Below are positions 40,701 to 50,187 of a stretch of DNA of 64,000 nt, in pieces; position 1 is the stretch's first letter, and each line of letters opens with the position of its first letter. A program made the position numbers and the translations under genes. The DNA is from an uncultured Thermoplasmata archaeon (GTDB lineage Archaea > Thermoplasmatota > Thermoplasmata > UBA10834). The notes under the pieces are model-generated. The model did not search any database, had not been told where the DNA came from, and saw only the letters and a list, made by a program, of their open reading frames with translations. The DNA lies in NCBI GenBank assembly GCA_963719945.1, contig CAVRDX010000001.1, positions 160,001 through 224,000 of the forward strand, read 5' to 3'.

Positions 40701-42233
40701 GTGGAGCTGCGGATCACAATGTATGGCTTCACGATAATCGTGCGCACCAATCTCCCTGACCTCCTCTACAAGAAGTCCCAGGATCTGGTCCGGATCATCG
40801 TATGCACGGACAGGTTCGGTCCTGGCATATCGTTCGGATTCAGGATTGCCAGACTATCCGACGGCAGGTTCGATGTGGTCGTCAACGGGACGCTGTCCCT
40901 GAAGCATGCCACGGTCGAGGTCGTCATCGATCCCCTCATGATCATCCTGAGGAGGTTCGTGGAGGTCCATTGCAAGGCTGAGACATGGGCTCTGGACCTC
41001 GTGATCCCCGAAGCGGAGCCATATGAGATCGCCGAGGTATCGACTTCGAGTCTTCCGGGTGTAGGGCTCCTTCTGTCCAATATACCCATACCTGTCCTGG
41101 GTATGTCCGCCTCGATCGAGGCTGGTTTACGGTTGAAGTACTCGCCGCCTTTCCCTACGGATGTCGTGGTCAACGAGTTCGAGGCGAACCCTCAGGGCGA
41201 TGATTCCGGACGCGAATGGGTGGAGCTGTACAACCCGTTGGCGGAGCCGAGATGCGTGGATGGTTGGGCGATCGAGACATCCCATGGCATGAGCACGGAG
41301 CTGTCGATATCTGGTACTATCCCGGCGAACGGCCTCACGGTCTACACATTCCCAGCGACCTCCATAGACAACGGCTACTCCGGGGACCCGTTCAATGATG
41401 GTGACTCTATCATCCTCAGGGATTCTGCGGGAAAGATCGTCGACGTGACACCCACGCTGAGTGACAGTGCGAATGATGCACGGACACATCAGCGCACTTG
41501 GGACGGTGGCCCCAGATGGCAGCTTCGTGATGGGACCAAGGGTGATTCGAACGGCGCGTCCGTGCTGCTCTCCACATCGGATTTCATAGCGAAGGCTCTC
41601 TTCAAAGCGTTCAAGGATGCGTTCGACGAGACGAAGCTGTCCGAGGTATCAGCATCTCTGGATTTCATCACGCTCCTGGGCAAGCGCATCCTGAACCACT
41701 TCATCGAGAACCTGCTATCCATCGTGAAAGAGGTGATCCATGAGGTCATCATCTACATCGAGGTTACCCTGAACGATGCCAGCGGTTCCGCTGGATTCGG
41801 GTTCAGGACCTCTTTCGTGGTGACGGGAGACGCGATTGTCGACGTGCTTCGCTGGCTCATCCATACGTTCGCGACATTCGTTGTGAACCTTGGACGGGCG
41901 AGCAATCCCATCGCATATCCTCAATTCCCCTCGAGCTTCTTCTCCGGTCTATATATCCGGTTCGAGATGCTGTTCGAAATAGGTACTCCCAAGATGCTGA
42001 ATGTATTGGGGGTTGCGAGCGCCCTGGAGAACAAACTCACCATGGTCGTATCGATCGCTCCCAACATTCCCGCTCTGGGTAAGCTGGTAGGCAAATCATG
42101 GGGTAATTGGGCCGTTGAATTCGGGGTCTATTTGGAGGGGGTGCCAAGGGAGTATGTCTCAGGATTCCTCGTCAAGGACACTGGCAACCTCGTGGACCTA
42201 TGGCTGGTGAAAGGGCGCGCCTACGGCGTGTAG
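37797..42233 (+). CDS. Giant (~1480 aa) surface protein with class III (pilin-like) signal and lamin-tail domain
   Basis: DRSAQ-ISFSVIAVVILL N-terminus; LTD motif VVVNEFEANPQGDDSGREWVELYNP...N.GD.I.L.D..G.IVD. Start at 37797 or 37803; the ORF-track start at 37356 overlaps the CPA2 gene. Confidence 0.8.
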   Translation: MTMRYLISNSGARSKERHRLTSDRSAQISFSVIAVVILLASTASGLYIAKREIDRLSDERRVEMIRSMDAAISEVNTELGLFASTKANELLSSWDEYPVNESLISEEYSRMVEAYILDSFPRDRSAFRIDVHNWSGSLFFAEKRTLDLLSADDGKSAEVTIDGQSMEYEALPAPSDDSIGEQTVNPYYIVIGNFSVSVQADDCVLARDECFEKPLLSALPFLESKLRAFEMASSGEYSDIGKMVMYMLTTLSQYRVLDGFGVPLYSNGSTSDMILTEEDVYRAVTVALLLEQARLFRSIDGSFAAEVVDACGGSMLGLLALMSCSGCSLDPAELFLWFLGLRELQLDPTIVMAQAIAGIADMLVVKYMDYLGFLGLFEVADEVLESISDSVDSVMEFLTGEDDSADAVCSWMERSLEIIGYSPRLYTETFSSDCDFFVPVPERVYYVEDVSGNLYPVWVGGILADADVPEYNLLESDMWREFYPVFKECQGEVKDILYDCVQRLAFDLASASSMDLSSCSVDPKDGMDVFSLMAAHAGDVTVCTDPEAVMIAASTLPLYSTQFKIVDRFIDFIGDHESSIFPEDLRTEMYSNIASVVLDSARYAYIPDLGVSVRQQLEEIVEHDVMYDDEWGVSASASWDYDSICSLYIECFESAFNRSIEQADDEFVGPLVDSFASMLAYGAGGFPGIADLLEMQIECMANATLAQSRISSYKRSVYVDMATPFEFWDGEREAADEISSILNESLSLVVQGGLPPLTQVPYDPSIGYSSIEQLFPTDDILVQVKRPWDYDRTEQDYPNTHMTSLSNASATPYSTQWLVSAKGLVEVELSSESCSLLSLICGEESSRVQILVDICVPVVVQSSWPLDGVDYNPTNTALTDAINAARKFYEILWSKVEPLVGWIKDGMERLFTFFQDAFETLAGYATRVLALVAKAAQSMVELLQEYIQKFADSALAKAVKLFIDLVGTVELRITMYGFTIIVRTNLPDLLYKKSQDLVRIIVCTDRFGPGISFGFRIARLSDGRFDVVVNGTLSLKHATVEVVIDPLMIILRRFVEVHCKAETWALDLVIPEAEPYEIAEVSTSSLPGVGLLLSNIPIPVLGMSASIEAGLRLKYSPPFPTDVVVNEFEANPQGDDSGREWVELYNPLAEPRCVDGWAIETSHGMSTELSISGTIPANGLTVYTFPATSIDNGYSGDPFNDGDSIILRDSAGKIVDVTPTLSDSANDARTHQRTWDGGPRWQLRDGTKGDSNGASVLLSTSDFIAKALFKAFKDAFDETKLSEVSASLDFITLLGKRILNHFIENLLSIVKEVIHEVIIYIEVTLNDASGSAGFGFRTSFVVTGDAIVDVLRWLIHTFATFVVNLGRASNPIAYPQFPSSFFSGLYIRFEMLFEIGTPKMLNVLGVASALENKLTMVVSIAPNIPALGKLVGKSWGNWAVEFGVYLEGVPREYVSGFLVKDTGNLVDLWLVKGRAYGV

Positions 42234-42286
42234 GGCCTCCCGCATAAGACTTAAATGCCACCGGGTAATGTGAGACGCGGTCGCAG

Positions 42287-43510
42287 ATGGACGCGTTCAT
42301 AAACTCTCTGCTTGACAGACTCCTAGAAGATGTCTGGTTCGAGCTCACGTTCCTTCTAGCAGTGGCCTTGGTCGCAGCGTTCCTTTTCACCAGGTTCGGC
42401 CAGCCAAAGGTGATCGGTTACATAGTAATCGGAGTCGTCATTGGCCCGAGCGTGCTCAGCATCATCCAGGGTGGCGCGGACGGCGAATCAGGACTCCCCG
42501 AATCGATCATGATGCTAGCCGAGATGGGCGCCATAATCCTATTGTTCATGATCGGGCTCGAATGCGACCTCAAGGAGATATACACGAGGAAATCCATAAT
42601 GATCGCATTGGGCGGAGTGATCGTCCCTTGGGTTGCTGGTTTCGGCACCGCCTATCTTTTCGGGTATGAGCTTGAGGCGGTGTTCATCGGAGCCACGCTC
42701 GTGGCGACCAGCGTCGCGGTCACGGCTAGCGTGATCGCGGAGCTCGGTCTGATAGGCACTCCAGTGGCTTATGCCATAGTTGGCGCGGCGGTCGTGGACG
42801 ACATACTCGGCATGGTCGTGCTGGGCATTTCCAAAAGCCTTGGCTCTGGTGAGTTCGATATGATCGGAATCGGCATCCTGGTCGTCGCAGCCGTTCTGTT
42901 CGTAGTACTTGGCGCGTGGATCGGGTCGAAGTTCCTTGCAAAATTGGTGTTCAATGTACAGATATCTGGTTATCGAAGGAAGATGCCCATGAGCGGGTTC
43001 ATACTCGCACTCGCGATCGCATTCTTGTATGCGTTCGTGGCAGAGGCCATTCAGATATCTGCGATCGTCGGTGCCTTCGTTGCTGGCACGGCCTTCTCGG
43101 GATCAGCTCTCAGGGACGGGTTCAGGAAGGGGACGCAGTATCTCGAAGCACTATTCGTCCCACTGTTCTTCGTATCATTGGGCACGGCCGTGAACCTCGG
43201 CTCGATGTGGGACATGATCCTTTTCGGTGTCGTCCTCACAGCGGTAGCGTTCGCGTCCAAGATAGTCGGATGTGCAATCCCCGCATATTATACTGGAATG
43301 AAGAAATGGGATGCCATATCTGTCGGTGTAGGGATGACACCAAGGCTCGAGATTGCGTTCATCATTGCATATTACGGACTCACGAAGAATCTGATTGGGG
43401 TGGATGTCTATTCAGTCATCGTGTTCATGGGGCTGGTAACTGCGCTGTTGGCTCCACCTATCCTCAAGCGTACACTAAAACGAGGGGGCCACAAGCCTAC
43501 AGGCATCTGA
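42287..43510 (+). CDS. CPA2 family cation:proton antiporter
   Basis: GVVIGP, ATSVAVT, GAAVVDD, GMTPRLEI. Confidence 0.92.
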   Translation: MDAFINSLLDRLLEDVWFELTFLLAVALVAAFLFTRFGQPKVIGYIVIGVVIGPSVLSIIQGGADGESGLPESIMMLAEMGAIILLFMIGLECDLKEIYTRKSIMIALGGVIVPWVAGFGTAYLFGYELEAVFIGATLVATSVAVTASVIAELGLIGTPVAYAIVGAAVVDDILGMVVLGISKSLGSGEFDMIGIGILVVAAVLFVVLGAWIGSKFLAKLVFNVQISGYRRKMPMSGFILALAIAFLYAFVAEAIQISAIVGAFVAGTAFSGSALRDGFRKGTQYLEALFVPLFFVSLGTAVNLGSMWDMILFGVVLTAVAFASKIVGCAIPAYYTGMKKWDAISVGVGMTPRLEIAFIIAYYGLTKNLIGVDVYSVIVFMGLVTALLAPPILKRTLKRGGHKPTGI

Positions 43511-43518
43511 TCCATGCT

Positions 43519-43731
43519 TCAGTGCGATGCTGCTGCCATGGAGTCGCTGCTTGATCGATTCGCGAAGGCCCCGTTGTCTTCGCTGGATTCTGGGTCCGCA
43601 TGTCCCAGCGCCAGGAGAAACGCCCTTCCGAAGGCGATGGCGTTATCTCTGTGCCCTGCTTGAATCTCTTGCAGGAACGCCTTGCCGACCAAGAGCGCGA
43701 AACGCTCATCTTTTCTCATCATCTGACTCAT
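43519..43731 (-). CDS. Small hypothetical protein
   Basis: 70 aa with AGGAG upstream of the ATG and TTTTATA further upstream; no domain recognised. Confidence 0.5.
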   Translation of the reverse strand: MSQMMRKDERFALLVGKAFLQEIQAGHRDNAIAFGRAFLLALGHADPESSEDNGAFANRSSSDSMAAASH

Positions 43732-43856
43732 CTGCTCCTTCTATGTTACAATATGTCTCCGCGAGCAGTATAAAAGGGGTGGGTGTGACAATCATGGTTG
43801 ATTCTCAGGCATGAGAAATGATGGTGGTTTCGTTCGAGGTTCCGCAGTCCGTCCAG

Positions 43857-45128
43857 TCATCCGATGACTTCGGTTCCCTTCATATATGGCCTCAAGACCT
43901 CGGGGACGGTGACCGTGCCGTCCTTGTTCTGGTAGTTCTCGAGTATGGATGTCATAGTCCTTGGAAGGGCTATCCCGGAACCATTCAGTGTATGGATGAA
44001 TTCGCTCTTGAGGTGTGGCTCCCGCCTGAATTTTATCATTGCTCTCCGCGCCTGGAAATCCTTGAAGTCACTACACGACGAGACCTCGAGCCACTGGTCC
44101 ATTCCTGAAGCGTATGTCTCGATATCGTAGGTCTTCGATGAATGGAATCCGGTATCACCTGTGCAGAGCAACTTGACCCTATAGGGGAGTTTCAGTCCCT
44201 GAACGACCGCTTCGGCGTCCGAAAGCAGTTTCTCAAGCTCCTGCGGAGATGTCTCAGGGACAACGAACTTCACCATCTCAACCTTGTTGAACTGGTGGAC
44301 CCTCGCTATCCCCTTCGTTTCAATGTGCTTCCCAGCTTCTCTCCTGAACGACGGAAGATATGCAGTATGATAGATTGGCAGATCCTTGCCTTCGAGTATC
44401 TCATCGCTGTACAGATTCGTGACGGGCACCTCTGCGGTCGGGTTGAGCCAGAGGTCGTCCCTCTCTATCCAGTACATATCGTCTTCCATCTTCGGAAGCT
44501 GACCCGTGCCTATGCAACTCTTCCTGTTGATTACGACTGGTGGGAAGATCTCGATATATCCCTGATCTCGGTGCAGATCCAGCATGTAGTTGATGAGGGC
44601 GCGCTCAAGTCGAGCTCCATCTCCCTTCAGCACATAGAATCCAGTGCCGGTTATCTTGACCCCACGGTCGAAATCTATGATCCCCAGCTTCTCGCCGATC
44701 TCCCAATGGGGTAGTGGCTTGAAATCGAACTTGCGTATGGTCCCCCACTCCTTCACGGTGGGGTTGTCGTCCGCGCTCTTGCCGACTGGTACACTAGGGT
44801 CCGGCATGTTAGGCATGTTGAGCAAGAGTTCGTCTCGTTCCGACTCTATCTTGCGCACTCCATCCTCGATCTCCTTGATGCGCTGGGCTATGGCCTTCAT
44901 CTCGGCTATCTTGGCCGCCTTTTCTTCTTTGTCGAGTTTCGGTATCTGCTCGGACACTTCATTCCTTGTGCGTCTGAGGCCATTGCCCTCTTCGATGAGT
45001 TCTCGCCACTTCGCATCAAGGCTGAGGAACTGCTCCAGTATGGACTCGTCGAAGTTCCTGTTCTTCAACGATTGTCTGACTGCAGCCTCGTTCTCCCGTA
45101 TGAATCTGGCATCGAGCATCCGTATCAC
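43857..45128 (-). CDS. serS: Seryl-tRNA synthetase (standard type)
   Basis: MLD..FIREN, PTAEVP, FRREAG, RVHQFNKVE, EVSSCS, TLNGSG. Confidence 0.96.
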   Translation of the reverse strand: MIRMLDARFIRENEAAVRQSLKNRNFDESILEQFLSLDAKWRELIEEGNGLRRTRNEVSEQIPKLDKEEKAAKIAEMKAIAQRIKEIEDGVRKIESERDELLLNMPNMPDPSVPVGKSADDNPTVKEWGTIRKFDFKPLPHWEIGEKLGIIDFDRGVKITGTGFYVLKGDGARLERALINYMLDLHRDQGYIEIFPPVVINRKSCIGTGQLPKMEDDMYWIERDDLWLNPTAEVPVTNLYSDEILEGKDLPIYHTAYLPSFRREAGKHIETKGIARVHQFNKVEMVKFVVPETSPQELEKLLSDAEAVVQGLKLPYRVKLLCTGDTGFHSSKTYDIETYASGMDQWLEVSSCSDFKDFQARRAMIKFRREPHLKSEFIHTLNGSGIALPRTMTSILENYQNKDGTVTVPEVLRPYMKGTEVIG

Positions 45129-45200
45129 CCATGTTCAGGTTATTTGTCAATGACCTAGTTCGTATATAAAGTGTGAGCAGCGCAGAATATCTGGCATGTC

Positions 45201-45458
45201 TCATTCCTTGGCGAGGACCACGGTCCTTCCTCTCACTTCGATCATGACAGCGTCCGCAGCCTCTGCCAAGCGAGTGCCGGCCTCACGGCGGTCCATCTCC
45301 ATGTTCTGCAATAATCGGACCTTCACGATCTTATGCTTCTTGAGCTGTTTGGATACCTCGGCCACGATGCTCTCCGTTATCCCTTCCTTGCCGATGTGGA
45401 TCGACGGCTCCAGCTTCTGGGCCCTTCCTTTGATTCTCTTTACCATCTTCTTATCCAT
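45201..45458 (-). CDS. yhbY: YhbY/CRM RNA-binding protein
   Basis: LEPSIHIGKEG...KHKIVKV...RGRTVVL. Confidence 0.88.
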   Translation of the reverse strand: MDKKMVKRIKGRAQKLEPSIHIGKEGITESIVAEVSKQLKKHKIVKVRLLQNMEMDRREAGTRLAEAADAVMIEVRGRTVVLAKE

Positions 45459-45462
45459 CGTA

Positions 45463-45789
45463 TCATGCTCCCTCGACATTCTTGGGCTTCAGCGGATATC
45501 TGAGGACATTGCCGCAGGATAGACAGGTCATTGCAACATTGCCAGACCTCGTCCTCACCCTCACATTCCTTGGAGGTGTGAAGAACACATGGCACTCTGG
45601 GCAGTATTTCCTCTTGTGCCTTGCCCTGACCTTGTGTCTCTCATTCATCTTCAGAGCCAGGCCCACGTACCTTCGGGCTCTCTCGTCATTTCCGACGAGC
45701 GCCTCCTTTTCTGCGAGTTCGAAGAGTCTATCTACTCTCTCTTCGGCTATGCTTCTCGCATCACTCTTGCTAAGGTGCCTTCGGGCCAT
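45463..45789 (-). CDS. rnp4: RNase P protein component 4 (Rpp21)
   Basis: IAEERVDRLF..A, RRYV.LA, CPEC, CLSCG...RYP. Confidence 0.92.
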   Translation of the reverse strand: MARRHLSKSDARSIAEERVDRLFELAEKEALVGNDERARRYVGLALKMNERHKVRARHKRKYCPECHVFFTPPRNVRVRTRSGNVAMTCLSCGNVLRYPLKPKNVEGA

Positions 45790-45952
45790 ATCATACGTGG
45801 GAATGTGGTAGTCTTAGATAATCATATCCGGACAATTCACGCATGCCAGAACCCTTGGACAGCATCTAAATCAAAAGGCCGCTGTCAGTGAGGTTTAAAT
45901 ATGACTACCATTATCCCGCAAACCTGATAGAACAATCGAACCAGGTGTTATA

Positions 45953-46468
45953 ATGTCACGCAAGCCAGGAAGCATGTACAGGGAAATAAAAGGGCAGGCC
46001 TACTGCCGCAGAGAGTACATGGGCGGCGTTCCAGCATCGAGGATCACCCAGTTCGAACACGGCGTGAAGGCGGACTATCCCGTAAGGATAACGCTCAGGG
46101 CCGTGGAACAGTGCCAGATCAGACACATAGCTCTCGAGGCTGCGCGTATATCTGCCAACAGATTGCTCTCGAAGAAGATTGGCACGACTGGCTATCACCT
46201 CAAGATCAGGGTCTACCCTCACCAGGTGCTGAGAGAGAACAAGATTGCGACCGGTGCGGGAGCAGACCGTATATCCGAAGGGATGAGAGCGGCTTTCGGG
46301 AAGCCCATAGGGACTGCGGCAAGGATTCAGCCCGACCAGCAGATCATCACGCTCGAGACGACCGCGAATCACTTCGTCACCGCGAAGCTCGCGCTGAAGA
46401 GGGCAGCCATCAAATTGCCTACGCCCTGCTATATCGAAGTGGAGAAGGGTCCCGGAGCGGCCAAGTGA
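45953..46468 (+). CDS. rpl10e: 50S ribosomal protein uL16 (L10e)
   Basis: QIRHIALEAARI, YPHQVLRENK...GAGADR..EGMR.AFGKP. Confidence 0.96.
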   Translation: MSRKPGSMYREIKGQAYCRREYMGGVPASRITQFEHGVKADYPVRITLRAVEQCQIRHIALEAARISANRLLSKKIGTTGYHLKIRVYPHQVLRENKIATGAGADRISEGMRAAFGKPIGTAARIQPDQQIITLETTANHFVTAKLALKRAAIKLPTPCYIEVEKGPGAAK

Positions 46469-46593
46469 TTTCATCTGAGCCGGGGCGATTCCGCACAATG
46501 TTTTTTACCATTGGTCTCTGTATCCCCAAATGTGCATCGGTGCGAGTGATTTGATTTATGCACAGACGTGAGTTGAGAATGGGGTGAGGATGT

Positions 46594-47589
46594 TTGTACG
46601 ATGTTGACCTCGCCAGCGCGATATCCGAGATAAAACGACTGAAGGTCAGAGTCGTCGCTCTGCAGGTCCCTGAAGGGCTGAAGCGGAGGGCGTATCAATA
46701 TGCCGAGGACATAGAGAACAAATCGGGCGCAGAGGTCGTGGTAGTGGCTGAGCCTTGTTTCGGGGCCTGCGACGTGCCCAGCTCACTTTTCGACCTGGTC
46801 GATGCCGTAATCAATGTGGGGCATTCCTCTATCCCCTCCATCAAATTCGTGAAGCCCGTCATATTCGTCCCCGCAAGGTCCAATGTTCCGTTGATAGACC
46901 AGCTCAAGAAATCCGTTGACATGCTCACCGAACCGGTCGGTGTCCTGGCGACGACCCCTCATCTGACGGACCTAGAGCCAGTGATCGAAGGTTTGGAGAG
47001 TCTGGGCCTGAAGGTCAAACTGGGTGAAGGCGATACCAGGATATCACATGCGGGAGAAGTGCTGGGGTGCAATTACACGTCGGCGTTGTCCATCGGGAAG
47101 GATGTAAACAGCTATCTCCTGATCGGATCGGGGACATTCCACGCGCTTGGCGTACATCTCGCCACGGGCAAGAAAGTGGTTGTCTTGGACCCCAACCTCG
47201 ACGCGCCTCAAGAGATTGACCAGATAAAGGACAGGATGCTGAGGCAGAGACACGCAGTGATTGAGAAGGCTCAGCGAGCACGCACATTCGGGATAATCAT
47301 CGGAGAGAAGATCGGACAGCGTCGGCTCAGACGCGCACGCGAGCTGCGCAAACTCCTGCGGTGGAAGAAGAGGGATGCTGTTCTGATCATGATGGACAAG
47401 TTCGATCCGGATAAGTTGAAATCGCTGGGCTTCGATGCATATGTGTCAACTGCCTGTCCGAGGATTGCAGTCGATGATGTCGCCATGTACGACAAGCCGC
47501 TTCTTACCCCTCAGGAACTCGAGATAGTCCTTGGGGTGCGGGAGTGGGAGAACTACGTCTTCGACCAGATGACCGACGACGAATTCTGA
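46594..47589 (+). CDS. dph2: Diphthamide biosynthesis radical SAM enzyme Dph2
   Basis: LQVPEGLK, PCFGACD, VLGC, TACPRI. Confidence 0.93.
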   Translation: MYDVDLASAISEIKRLKVRVVALQVPEGLKRRAYQYAEDIENKSGAEVVVVAEPCFGACDVPSSLFDLVDAVINVGHSSIPSIKFVKPVIFVPARSNVPLIDQLKKSVDMLTEPVGVLATTPHLTDLEPVIEGLESLGLKVKLGEGDTRISHAGEVLGCNYTSALSIGKDVNSYLLIGSGTFHALGVHLATGKKVVVLDPNLDAPQEIDQIKDRMLRQRHAVIEKAQRARTFGIIIGEKIGQRRLRRARELRKLLRWKKRDAVLIMMDKFDPDKLKSLGFDAYVSTACPRIAVDDVAMYDKPLLTPQELEIVLGVREWENYVFDQMTDDEF

Positions 47590-47593
47590 ATGG

Positions 47594-48358
47594 TTGGTGC
47601 TGGACCTGATCGATATCGACGCCCTTCTCAGGCGGGGATGTGAATCCCATGCTCGGATAGGGATAGGTGCCTCCAAGGAGCTATTTGAATCCACAAGATC
47701 GCGTCTCGCATCGAAGGCATGCACTATCGAACTAGTTCGATTCGACTCACCTGAGGAGCTCGTCCGCGCACTATCGTCTGAAGACGTCGATGCTGCAGTC
47801 CGTGGCACTCTTCCTTCGTCCTCTCTGCTATCCGAGCTGAAGTCCTCGTTCGACCTGTCTGAGATCATGCGAACTGCGATAATGCGTACTTTGGACGACC
47901 GCACTTTTATGCTCACACCTGTCGGAATAGACGAAGGAAAGAATGCTTTTTTGAAAATGTCACTGATTCGAACCACCATTGACTATTTCTCTCGCGCCGG
48001 CTGGTCTCTTTCGGTCGGTGTTCTGTCCAAGGGCCGCATGGATGACGTGCACAGGGGAGAGGAGATCGAGCGCAGCATCACGGAAGGCGTGGAGATGGTC
48101 AAGGCCCTTCGGTCGGAAGGGGTCGACGCCGAGCATTATGCGATACTGTTGGAGAAGGCTCTAGGTGAGAGGGATATCATAGTTGCCCCCGATGGAATCT
48201 CGGGCAATCTCATATTCCGCGCCCTGCACCTCATTGGAGGCTGCGAGGCTTTCGGCGCACCCGTCGTCAATATGGACGCGATTTTTGTCGACACTTCCAG
48301 GGCGAAATCCGACTTCTCGGACGCGGTGATGCTGGCTGCCGGCCTGAAACTTTTATAA
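47594..48358 (+). CDS. mtxX: MtxX / methanogenesis marker protein 4 family (phosphotransacetylase-like)
   Basis: DAAVRGTL, PVGIDEG, VLS.GR..D..R, APDGISGNLIFR, VDTSR. Confidence 0.82.
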   Translation: MVLDLIDIDALLRRGCESHARIGIGASKELFESTRSRLASKACTIELVRFDSPEELVRALSSEDVDAAVRGTLPSSSLLSELKSSFDLSEIMRTAIMRTLDDRTFMLTPVGIDEGKNAFLKMSLIRTTIDYFSRAGWSLSVGVLSKGRMDDVHRGEEIERSITEGVEMVKALRSEGVDAEHYAILLEKALGERDIIVAPDGISGNLIFRALHLIGGCEAFGAPVVNMDAIFVDTSRAKSDFSDAVMLAAGLKLL

Positions 48359-48382
48359 TGCCCCCTGAGCTATCCCATCACG

Positions 48383-48850
48383 ATGAGGCTTGAGATTAAC
48401 GGCTGGAGTTCGAAGATAACATTCTCCGCGACTCATATCATTCCCGGACATCAGAAGTGCGGTCGCCTGCACGGACACGATTATGCCATAAACGCAGCAG
48501 TCTTCGGCGTGGTAGGGGTCGGAGGCGTCATTGTGGATTTCATCAGCCTTAAGGAGTTCTTGAGGGGCGTGGCCAATGAACTCGACCACAAGATCCTGAT
48601 CCCGATGAAGGACACTTCGGTCGAGATATCAGGCGATACTGTGAGATACACTGCTTGTGGGAAGCACTACAGCTTCCCGAAGGTCGACTGCGCTCTCCTG
48701 GACCTGGAGGTTGCCTCCGCAGAAGGGTTGGCTGAATACGTCCTCAGGACCTTGTTGAGCAAGATGAAGTTCCCAGCTAATGTCAAACGTGTGGAACTCG
48801 GAGTGGATGAGGGTAGGGGTCAAGGTGTCTGGACCGGCCTTGATTTGTGA
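48383..48850 (+). CDS. queD: 6-carboxytetrahydropterin synthase
   Basis: FSATH...CGRLHGHDY...VDF...LDH...AE. Confidence 0.9.
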   Translation: MRLEINGWSSKITFSATHIIPGHQKCGRLHGHDYAINAAVFGVVGVGGVIVDFISLKEFLRGVANELDHKILIPMKDTSVEISGDTVRYTACGKHYSFPKVDCALLDLEVASAEGLAEYVLRTLLSKMKFPANVKRVELGVDEGRGQGVWTGLDL

Positions 48851-48868
48851 ACCTGGCGGTGATGAAAG

Positions 48869-49555
48869 ATGACGAAATCGGTCGTCTTGCTTTCTGGAGG
48901 GCTCGACTCTTCCACGGTCCTCGCTATCGCCAGAAGCAGAGGTCTCGATGTGATTGCCTTGACATTTGATTATGGTCAGAGGCACGTTCGAGAGATAGAG
49001 AGTGCTCGAAAGGTCGCGTCCTATCTTGGTTGTTCTGATCATCTGATCATTCATCTCCCTATCGGGGAGTTGCTATCTGGCTCCCTCACAGATCCTGGTG
49101 AGAAGGTGCCGGAAGGCAGAACTCCGAGCGAGATGACGAACGGCATCCCAAACACCTACGTCCCAGCCAGGAACATCATATTCCTCAGCATAGGTGCATC
49201 CATAGCTGAGAGCATGGGCGCGGAATCCATATTCATCGCGGCAAACGCGGTGGACTACAGCGGGTATCCTGATTGTACCCCCGAGTTCATAGAATCGTTC
49301 CAGAGGATGCTCGATGTTGGCACCAAGGTCGGAAGGGCGGGTCGTGGAACAAGGGTCGAAGCTCCGATAATCAAGATGTCGAAGGGTGATATCGTGCGGA
49401 CCGCATCGCAGCTCGGCGTACCGTTGGAACTGACTTGGAGCTGCTACAATGGGAACGAGAAGGCATGCGGTAGGTGCGATTCCTGCACTCTCAGGCTCCA
49501 GGGATTCTCGGAAGCTGGCTTAAATGACCCATTAGAGTACGAGGTGATTGAATGA
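48869..49555 (+). CDS. queC: 7-cyano-7-deazaguanine (preQ0) synthase
   Basis: SGGLDS, YGQRH, TYVPARN, YPDC, SCY, CGRCDSC. Confidence 0.95.
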   Translation: MTKSVVLLSGGLDSSTVLAIARSRGLDVIALTFDYGQRHVREIESARKVASYLGCSDHLIIHLPIGELLSGSLTDPGEKVPEGRTPSEMTNGIPNTYVPARNIIFLSIGASIAESMGAESIFIAANAVDYSGYPDCTPEFIESFQRMLDVGTKVGRAGRGTRVEAPIIKMSKGDIVRTASQLGVPLELTWSCYNGNEKACGRCDSCTLRLQGFSEAGLNDPLEYEVIE

Positions 49556-50181
49556 AGGTTTACTCGATATTCAGATCGATACAAGGTGAGGGAATTACGA
49601 TGGGCGCACCGACGACTTTCATAAGGACATCAGGCTGCCCCCTTAGATGCACCTACTGCGATACGCCGCAGGCTTTCGACAAAGGCAAAGAGATGACCAT
49701 TGAATCTATACTAGCCGATGTGGAGGAAAACAGAACCTCGCACGTCTGCCTTACAGGCGGTGAGCCATTGGCTCAGAAGGAATCTATCCAGCTCGTGGAG
49801 GCGATCCTGAACCAGGGCTATCACCTGGTGCTCGAGACAAACGGTGCTATGCCATTGGATGACCTCCCCTGTGTCGAGAATCTCACCATCAGCATGGATA
49901 TCAAGGGCCCTTCCTCCGGTGAATCGGATAAGATGTTGTTCTCGAATATCGAAATGCTCGGTCCTTCTGATCAGCTGAAGTTCATCATCTCTGACGAGGC
50001 CGATTACGCGTATGCCAAGGACGTCATCCGGAAGTACTCCCCGAAGTGCGAGATCATAATCACACCGGTCGGAGGGACCGACCTCAAATGGTTGGCGGAG
50101 ATCGTGCTCGAGGACCGTCTTGACGCGCGCGTCATGCCTCAATTGCACAAGATCATCTGGGGCGATGAGGACAACAAGTGA
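49552..50181 (+). CDS. queE: 7-carboxy-7-deazaguanine synthase (radical SAM)
   Basis: F.SIQGEG, GCPLRCTYCDT, TGGEP, ETNG, QLHK. Confidence 0.93.
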   Translation: MKVYSIFRSIQGEGITMGAPTTFIRTSGCPLRCTYCDTPQAFDKGKEMTIESILADVEENRTSHVCLTGGEPLAQKESIQLVEAILNQGYHLVLETNGAMPLDDLPCVENLTISMDIKGPSSGESDKMLFSNIEMLGPSDQLKFIISDEADYAYAKDVIRKYSPKCEIIITPVGGTDLKWLAEIVLEDRLDARVMPQLHKIIWGDEDNK

Positions 50182-50187
50182 TGCCGG

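Noticed and set aside
48383-50181. queDCE as a Dpd DNA-modification defence system
   Set aside because: No dpdA/tgt paralog or other dpd genes; the housekeeping context fits archaeosine precursor synthesis.
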